The position numbers and the translations under genes are program-made. From IMG/VR virus record IMGVR_UViG_3300025534_000028, positions 1-31,440 of that record: DNA of 31,440 nucleotides; one strand, 5' to 3'. Every line of letters begins with the position of its first letter. Position 1 is the stretch's first letter. Origin of the DNA: a virus (Duplodnaviria; Caudoviricetes). The notes beneath the pieces are model-generated. The model was not told where the DNA came from and searched no databases. It saw only the letters and a program-made list of their open reading frames with translations. Shown one piece after another: positions 26,060 to 31,440 of this stretch.

Positions 26060-26260
26060 ATGGAGGATGTTATGGCTAAAACTTATTGTTTAAAGGATTT
26101 CTGTAAAGATAGCAAATGCTTTGCTTTTAATGAAGCAGAAAAAGGTAATCAAGCTGCAAAGTTATATTGTATAAATCATTGTCAAGCGTATGCTTTTCAA
26201 CAATACATAGATCAACATAAAGCCAGAATAGTAAGTTTTGAAGAAAATGATGAAAATTAA
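26060..26260 (+). CDS. hypothetical Cys-containing protein (start probably ATG 26072)
   Basis: GGAGG RBS at 26062. Confidence 0.7.
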   Translation: MEDVMAKTYCLKDFCKDSKCFAFNEAEKGNQAAKLYCINHCQAYAFQQYIDQHKARIVSFEENDEN

Positions 26261-26300
26261 TTGAAAATAAATTTTATATTGTTTGAATACATATAAATAG

Positions 26301-26507
26301 GTGGGATTAATGGATAAAAAAATAATTTCTGAACAAGATGTGCGATTATACGGAAGAGATTATAAAGAAATTACATATGAAGACGGAGAAAAAGTTTTAA
26401 GAAGATATGATAAAAAAGAAAAAATATGGATTACTTTAAGATTTGAAAAAGAACATGATCAAAAAAATGTTGATAATATTATTGATTGTATTGTTAATAA
26501 TCTATAA
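26301..26507 (+). CDS. small hypothetical protein upstream of the integrase (candidate RDF)
   Basis: 68-aa ORF; the RDF idea rests on position only. Confidence 0.6.
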   Translation: MGLMDKKIISEQDVRLYGRDYKEITYEDGEKVLRRYDKKEKIWITLRFEKEHDQKNVDNIIDCIVNNL

Positions 26508-26510
26508 AAT

Positions 26511-26541
26511 GACTTGTCCTATTGACAAGTCTTTTTTATTT
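26511..26541 (+). terminator. intrinsic terminator overlapping the putative integrase promoter
   Basis: gacttgtc-ctatt-gacaagtc followed by ttttttattt; contains TTGACA at 26522. Confidence 0.75.
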
Positions 26542-26599
26542 ATGGTATATATGATTCAAATATGTAATATAGAACAAAACACAACCAAGGAGGAAAAAT

Positions 26600-28327
26600 A
26601 TGTTTAATATACAAGGTAAAAAAGCTGTTGCACTATACAGAGTGTCAACAGAAAGACAAACGTCAAAAGAAGATAAGGATATTCCTGCTCAAAGGGAATT
26701 AGTACACAAATTTATTGAGCAAGAAGAATTAATATTAATTAAAGAATTTGTAGAAGGTGGAGTTTCAGGATTCAAAACTAAAATTTCTGAAAGAGATGCG
26801 ATAATTGAAATTAAAAATATGGCAGACAATAAAGAATTTGATGTACTTGTGGTATATAAATCTGACCGTATCGGCAGAACTACAGATGAAAGTCCATTGG
26901 TTGTACGATATTTAAACAATAAAGGTGTTAGAATTTTTACTACAGAAGGTTCAGAATTAAAAACAGAAACACAGCTTGATAAACTAATGACTTATCTATC
27001 TTTTTGGCAGAATGAAACAGAGAGTATAAAAATATCACAACGAGCAACTGATTATCACATTATTAGCACAGAAAAGGGCAAATACAGGGGCGGTGGAGAA
27101 AAAGCTTTGCCATTTGGATATACAGTCATACCAGAAGGTGATGTTAATTTAAAAGGCAAAAAGATAGGTAAAGTTGTAATTAAAGAAGATGAAGCAGAAA
27201 TTGTAAAACTAATCTATAAGCTATCTATAGAAAATAATATGGGAGGTAGAGCAATAGCTGCTTATTTAAACGAAAATGGATACAGAAAATATGCAAGAAA
27301 TGGCAATGGATGGAATTATACAACTATTAATAGAATTTTAAACAATGTATTCTATAAAGGCTATATGCATATGCATAGTAAATTAAAAAATCAAGATTTC
27401 TTATCAGAAAAAATTGAAGAATTGGTAATTATTCCCGAAGAAATATGGGAGAAAAACCAACAAGTCTTAGCAAGTAGAAAAAAAGAATCTTCAAAAGAAA
27501 CAAAAGGCTCTAGCAAAAGCAGGGTACTACTAAGTGGATTAGTTTATTGTGGTCATTGCGGTAGTAAAATGCATGTTTGGGCAAATTATAAATACAAGAA
27601 AGATGAATATGGTCAAACTATAGCAAAAGTAGAAGATTATTATAGATGTAAATCAAAATATGTAAAAAATTTAAACAAATGCGATGGGCAAACTTCTTAC
27701 TTTTCAAATCGTATTGATAGAATAGTAGAACGAGAAACTTTAGACTTTATGAATGAATTATCTAAAAGAAAACTAACTGAAAAATTTAAACAAGATTTAC
27801 TAGATGATGTACAAACATTAACCAAGCAAAAGAAAGATATACAAAAATCTATTGAAGAAAAACAAAAAGACTTATTAGAGTTAAAAAAGAATATACCTAA
27901 AGCTATGAGAAATGAATATATTTTATCTTTAAGCGAATTAAAAGAAGCAAAAGATTTAATTGAAAATGAGTTGACTGAATTATTTAATCAAGATAATATT
28001 GTAGATAAAAAATTAAAAGAAGCCAAGGCAGCTTTAAAAGAATATGCAATAATAGACGAAAGTATGATATCATTTGTAGATAGATATAATAAAGCTGATT
28101 TTATAACTAAAAAAGCAATATTAAATAGTGTAATTGACAGAGTTACAATTTATAAAACTAACATTGATATTAAATATAAAGTAGCGATTATTGTATATAA
28201 AGAAAATAGTATAGAGAATTCAGGTGGTGAAATGTATACAGATGGTAGCCCTTATGAATACAAAACACAACCACAGAATTTCATAATTAATGTTACTAGA
28301 AATGTTAAATTTTCTATTGCATCATAA
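26600..28327 (+). CDS. large serine recombinase (phage integrase)
   Basis: YRVSTERQ catalytic Ser, DRIGR, PFGY, recombinase domain, LLSGLVYCGHCG Zn ribbon, coiled coil. Confidence 0.95.
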   Translation: MFNIQGKKAVALYRVSTERQTSKEDKDIPAQRELVHKFIEQEELILIKEFVEGGVSGFKTKISERDAIIEIKNMADNKEFDVLVVYKSDRIGRTTDESPLVVRYLNNKGVRIFTTEGSELKTETQLDKLMTYLSFWQNETESIKISQRATDYHIISTEKGKYRGGGEKALPFGYTVIPEGDVNLKGKKIGKVVIKEDEAEIVKLIYKLSIENNMGGRAIAAYLNENGYRKYARNGNGWNYTTINRILNNVFYKGYMHMHSKLKNQDFLSEKIEELVIIPEEIWEKNQQVLASRKKESSKETKGSSKSRVLLSGLVYCGHCGSKMHVWANYKYKKDEYGQTIAKVEDYYRCKSKYVKNLNKCDGQTSYFSNRIDRIVERETLDFMNELSKRKLTEKFKQDLLDDVQTLTKQKKDIQKSIEEKQKDLLELKKNIPKAMRNEYILSLSELKEAKDLIENELTELFNQDNIVDKKLKEAKAALKEYAIIDESMISFVDRYNKADFITKKAILNSVIDRVTIYKTNIDIKYKVAIIVYKENSIENSGGEMYTDGSPYEYKTQPQNFIINVTRNVKFSIAS

Positions 28328-28345
28328 TCAAAAAAGTGCTATTAT
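28317..28345 (+). promoter_or_regulatory. putative tRNA promoter with overlapping palindrome
   Basis: TTGCAT-17-TATTAT with TG extension; inverted repeat aagtgctatt/aatagcactt covers the -10 box. Confidence 0.55.
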
Positions 28346-28359
28346 TAAATAGCACTTAT

Positions 28360-28436
28360 CGGGGTGTGGCTCAGTTTGGTAGAGCACTTGCTTCGGGAGC
28401 AAGGGGTCGCTGGTTCAAGTCCAGTCACTCCGACCA
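28360..28436 (+). tRNA. tRNA-Pro (anticodon CGG), CCA encoded
   Basis: Cloverleaf: acceptor cggggtg/cactccg, D arm gctc/gagc, anticodon arm cttgc-ttCGGga-gcaag, GGTTCAAGTCC T arm, 3' ACCA. Confidence 0.97.
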
Positions 28437-28438
28437 AT

Positions 28439-28477
28439 AAAAAAATACCCCTCAACCCAAATAGGGAAGAGGGGTAT
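28439..28477. terminator. terminator between convergent units
   Basis: atacccctc...gaggggtat stem preceded by A7 (U tract on the - strand). Confidence 0.75.
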
Positions 28478-28544
28478 AATCATTTTTGTGCCTTGTAACC
28501 CTTATGGCTGTAAGGCTAAAATTGCAATAAAATTGTAGTTTTAT

Positions 28545-28949
28545 TTAATCTTTTTTAACTTCCTTTACATACAACAATATGTAATCAATTATATCGTCAA
28601 CAATTCCAACAAATTTATCATCTACTTCAATACCATTATCAGCACAAATCTGTAAAGCAGTTTCCTTTATCTTCTGTTTCTTTGTAGTTTCATCTTCAAT
28701 ATCTTCATACATATCTATAAACTCTATAGCTTGAATTATATACTGTACTACATTTGAAATAGCTACTTTATATGTGAATGTAGTTTTACTAGTAATATAA
28801 TCAACTGTAGATAAAACAAGTGCCATAAATTCCATATCTTCTTTGTTTATATTAAATTTTTTCTTTAGATACAATCCACCAAATGCTACCAGAAACACAC
28901 CTAAAAGTATACTTGTATAAATCAAACTATTAACTAATTCAGGGCTCAT
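28545..28949 (-). CDS. holin-like membrane protein
   Basis: N-terminal TM helix, KKQK motif, last gene of the lysis module. Confidence 0.55.
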   Translation of the reverse strand: MSPELVNSLIYTSILLGVFLVAFGGLYLKKKFNINKEDMEFMALVLSTVDYITSKTTFTYKVAISNVVQYIIQAIEFIDMYEDIEDETTKKQKIKETALQICADNGIEVDDKFVGIVDDIIDYILLYVKEVKKD

Positions 28950-28966
28950 AATAATCTCCTTTCTTA

Positions 28967-29938
28967 TTAACCATTTAATACATTAATAGCACTATTTATT
29001 TTATTATTTAGCTTTTGAATTCCATTTTGTAACTCTGCAATTTCCTTTTGGCTATCATTATATCTCTGTAATAGTTCATTATATTCCTTGTTTTCTGCTT
29101 TATAATCTTTCGTATAAGTACCACTAATGAAAGCATCCTTCCCATTAAATGCAATACGAAGCCATCCATCATTTGTAACTCCTGTTACTGTGACAATATC
29201 TCCATTTTTAAGTGATCCAATTATCTGAGAATTAGTATTTGGTAATTCCCTGACATTTAGGGAAGTATTTACACTAACCACCTTTTGGCAAACCAAACTA
29301 TTCATAATCAAAATCTCATCCTCCTTGCTTTGACCCTTTAAAAAAATGTTATATAATTCTTCTGAAAGAGCCTTAGCTGATTTTTCAGATATAGATTCAT
29401 CTAAAAGCAACTTCTCTTCATTAGGATTTGAGTGAAAGCATCGCTCAAGGAGAAAGACATGTGGTACTTCATACAAACTATTATTGCCCATTAACTTTTT
29501 GTAGTTTGCAGCCACATCAATTACAGTATAATAATCAAATCCTATTCTTGTTGTACTTGCCTTAGTATAAGCACCTCTAAAATTAACACCATAACTAGCT
29601 GCAACACATTTACCAAGTCTTTCGGCTATGGTTTTATCATTTTGTCTATTAATAGAGTAGAATATAGATGTACCACCAGCACTAGAACTAGAAGCAGCAT
29701 CAGAATGAATACTAATAAAAATATCAGCTTTGTTGTTAATAGCTATTCTTGATCTATCTGAAAGAGATATACCTATATCTTTATCTCTTGTTAGTATAAC
29801 TTTAAATCCTTTATTTTTAAGATGTTTTTCAAGTTTTAATGTGTATTCTAAATTGCCTATGTGTTCATAATACTTGCCTGAATACCCTATATTACTTCTA
29901 TCACCACCGCCATGTCCAGCATCTAAAACAATAACCAT
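28967..29938 (-). CDS. endolysin: N-acetylmuramoyl-L-alanine amidase (Amidase_3) + SH3b + coiled coil
   Basis: LDAGHGG, E, FISIHSD, LLE zinc motifs; LNVRELPNTNS...GWLRI SH3b. Confidence 0.92.
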   Translation of the reverse strand: MVIVLDAGHGGGDRSNIGYSGKYYEHIGNLEYTLKLEKHLKNKGFKVILTRDKDIGISLSDRSRIAINNKADIFISIHSDAASSSSAGGTSIFYSINRQNDKTIAERLGKCVAASYGVNFRGAYTKASTTRIGFDYYTVIDVAANYKKLMGNNSLYEVPHVFLLERCFHSNPNEEKLLLDESISEKSAKALSEELYNIFLKGQSKEDEILIMNSLVCQKVVSVNTSLNVRELPNTNSQIIGSLKNGDIVTVTGVTNDGWLRIAFNGKDAFISGTYTKDYKAENKEYNELLQRYNDSQKEIAELQNGIQKLNNKINSAINVLNG

Positions 29939-29952
29939 TTTATCACCCCTTG

Positions 29953-30780
29953 TTACACTAAATATTGCTTACTAACCCAACCTTTATCTGTTCTACACCA
30001 TCCATCTTTTTCTTCATAAATGTTAACCACAGTATTATTTGTATAAGAACCTATGATTTTCCCAGATAGAGAAGGGGATTGACGTATATTTAGACTAGTA
30101 TTAACTTTTACTTTCATTGTCTTTATGGGTTTGACTTTCTTTTTATAAGCAACAAAACAACATGCTACTTTTCTACCTTCATTTTTGTATACATAATTAC
30201 CATTTACCATCATAGAGGAAGAACCTCCACAATCACCCATAAAAGCAATATGACATCCTAAATTAAGCATAAACTCTGCTAACTCTTTAGAAGTCACACC
30301 AACATTTTTTAAATCATTACCTTCTGCAACAACAAAAACTATATTATTATTTTTTAGTTGACCAATAGCAGTTCTTGCATCTTTATTAGTAGCTTTTACT
30401 ATCGCAGTATTCCTAATATCAATTTTAGAATTAATAACTAATGTTAATCCATAACTAGCACCAATTTGTGCATTAGGCAAATCTCCTAACTGTAATTTAT
30501 TATCCTTAAAAGAAAATGAAGGGAAATTAACTGAAGGTTTCTGTAATTGTTTACCATCTTGTTCTATTTCTCCATAGCCATTATTGTTTTTACCAGTCCA
30601 GTCAAAGAAATTCCAGTTGATTATACATGCTACTTCTTCATCATTTTTTGGTCTAGGTATGGTATTTAAATTTTCTAATTTGTTCCATGTACCGTATTCG
30701 TAAGCAAATCTTTCTTCATTAGGGTTAAACTCATATACATGTATTTTTGTTCCATATTTATTATATACTTTATAACCCAA
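29953..30780 (-). CDS. phosphodiester glycosidase (NAGPA-family) domain + SH3b
   Basis: INWNFF, ARTAIG, ELAEFM..LGC, MGDCGGSS; C-terminal LNIRQSPS...GWVS. Confidence 0.8.
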   Translation of the reverse strand: MGYKVYNKYGTKIHVYEFNPNEERFAYEYGTWNKLENLNTIPRPKNDEEVACIINWNFFDWTGKNNNGYGEIEQDGKQLQKPSVNFPSFSFKDNKLQLGDLPNAQIGASYGLTLVINSKIDIRNTAIVKATNKDARTAIGQLKNNNIVFVVAEGNDLKNVGVTSKELAEFMLNLGCHIAFMGDCGGSSSMMVNGNYVYKNEGRKVACCFVAYKKKVKPIKTMKVKVNTSLNIRQSPSLSGKIIGSYTNNTVVNIYEEKDGWCRTDKGWVSKQYLV

Positions 30781-30797
30781 TTAAAACATCTCCTTTT

Positions 30798-31367
30798 TTA
30801 GCCAACCGAATTATTATTTTCTGCATCTTCAACTGAAGAATTTGATGTATTAGTAATTTCACTTTCCAAAAATTTATCTTGTTCTTTCTTTAATCTGTTA
30901 AGAATCGGTATAACTGCAAGGAAATTCGCATCTCTTAAATTTTCAAGATTAGAAATTACTTCATAAAATGCTAATCCTACATATAAAACATATGATATCA
31001 ATTCTCCCACGTAATTAATTTGTGGAGTAATGCTTGCTAAATTAGCTATTACTAATATTATAAAATAACCTATAATTTTAGTAATAAATCCATCCCAAAA
31101 TGACCGACTTGATATTTTGCCATTCATAAAAGCCTTATATAAACCTTTATTTTGAACTCTTAAAGTGTTAAATTTTGATACAATATCCAAAATAAATAAT
31201 GCTAGAACAAATGTCAATATAGCTTTTTGTGCAGGATATCCTATCAAATATGCTAATAGTGCAACAATCCAAAAAAATATATTTTGCATTGCTTGAAATA
31301 AATGTTCAAAAAAATGTTTTAAACCATATAAAATTTCATTCAGTTCACTCATTAGTGTTACCTCCAA
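30798..31367 (-). CDS. phage holin (toxin-secretion/lysis holin-like family)
   Basis: Several TM helices; LDIVS, ISS, K, YEVISNLENL motifs. Confidence 0.8.
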   Translation of the reverse strand: MEVTLMSELNEILYGLKHFFEHLFQAMQNIFFWIVALLAYLIGYPAQKAILTFVLALFILDIVSKFNTLRVQNKGLYKAFMNGKISSRSFWDGFITKIIGYFIILVIANLASITPQINYVGELISYVLYVGLAFYEVISNLENLRDANFLAVIPILNRLKKEQDKFLESEITNTSNSSVEDAENNNSVG

Positions 31368-31387
31368 TTATTTATTATTGTATTTAT

Positions 31388-31418
31388 AAAAAAAGAGGTA
31401 TATAATAAATATATCCTC
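31388..31418 (-). terminator. possible terminator upstream of the holin
   Basis: Imperfect gaggtatat/atatatcctc stem with A-run on the + strand. Confidence 0.4.
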
Positions 31419-31440
31419 ATGAAAGTGGAGTAGGGGATAG

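Larger units (their letters stand above)
12..28544. repeat. Dispersed 18-bp intergenic palindrome ATRAAA-N6-TTTBAT, about 18 copies at gene junctions
   Basis: Perfect ATAAAA-N6-TTTTAT at 1667, 4139, 5686, 21079, 24390 and 28527. One or two mismatches at 12, 2096, 2920, 3781, 4363, 4779, 8907, 17064, 18347 and 23009. Spacer-variant copies near 799, 26020 and 26260. Confidence 0.8.

Noticed and set aside
543-26919. Short ORFs from the track overlapping larger genes, antisense or off-frame (e.g. 543-740, 1086-1280, 5143-5325, 6941-7126, 9101-9301, 9238-9477, 14575-14784, 19428-19856, 23527-23853, 23666-23881, 26689-26919)
   Set aside because: They lie within well-supported genes, lack RBSs and have the F/I/L/S-rich composition expected of shadow frames in AT-rich DNA.
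28360-28436. tRNA as a host gene marking the prophage boundary
   Set aside because: Phage lysis genes continue immediately beyond it and no duplicated tRNA fragment is visible in the window.
1-31440. Genome-wide TGA=Trp recoding (genetic code 4)
   Set aside because: Long genes are intact under the standard code with Trp as TGG, and TGA acts as a normal stop at 16072 (ATGA overlap), 20589 and 24343. Only one TGA sits at a likely Trp position.
1-31440. CRISPR array
   Set aside because: No regularly spaced direct repeats with unique 30-40 bp spacers; the repeats found are dispersed and separated by whole genes.

Overview
Very AT-rich segment of a large temperate Firmicutes (probably clostridial) phage, organised like the accessory arm of an SPbeta-type phage. 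From 1 to 28.4 kb almost all genes are on the + strand: many short hypothetical genes, six orphan DNA methyltransferases, and a nucleotide-metabolism set (NrdH-NrdD-NrdG-FTR-like, dUTPase, two ThyX-like proteins, a guanylate kinase-like protein, a deoxyribosyltransferase-like protein). The same strand carries a stand-alone GGQ release-factor domain, a 3D-domain protein, an HNH nuclease, a large serine integrase and tRNA-Pro(CGG). A lysis module (two holin-like and two SH3-bearing enzymes) converges on the - strand. Four OMEGA-type mobile units lie between 6.4 and 11.9 kb: a full IS607 (tnpA+tnpB), a protein-less TnpB-type omegaRNA mini-element, a protein-less HEARO/IscB-type omegaRNA element, and a tnpB-only IS200/IS605 element. 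The most notable observations are: (1) an 18-bp palindrome ATAAAA-N6-TTTTAT at about 18 gene junctions; (2) the orphan omegaRNA cluster, with a promoter nearly identical to the phage's own promoters; (3) a circularly permuted multi-TRD C5 methyltransferase with motif I at the C-terminus; (4) an in-frame TGA at a probable Trp position directly upstream of the GGQ factor. All family calls come from motif recognition by eye; no database search was run.
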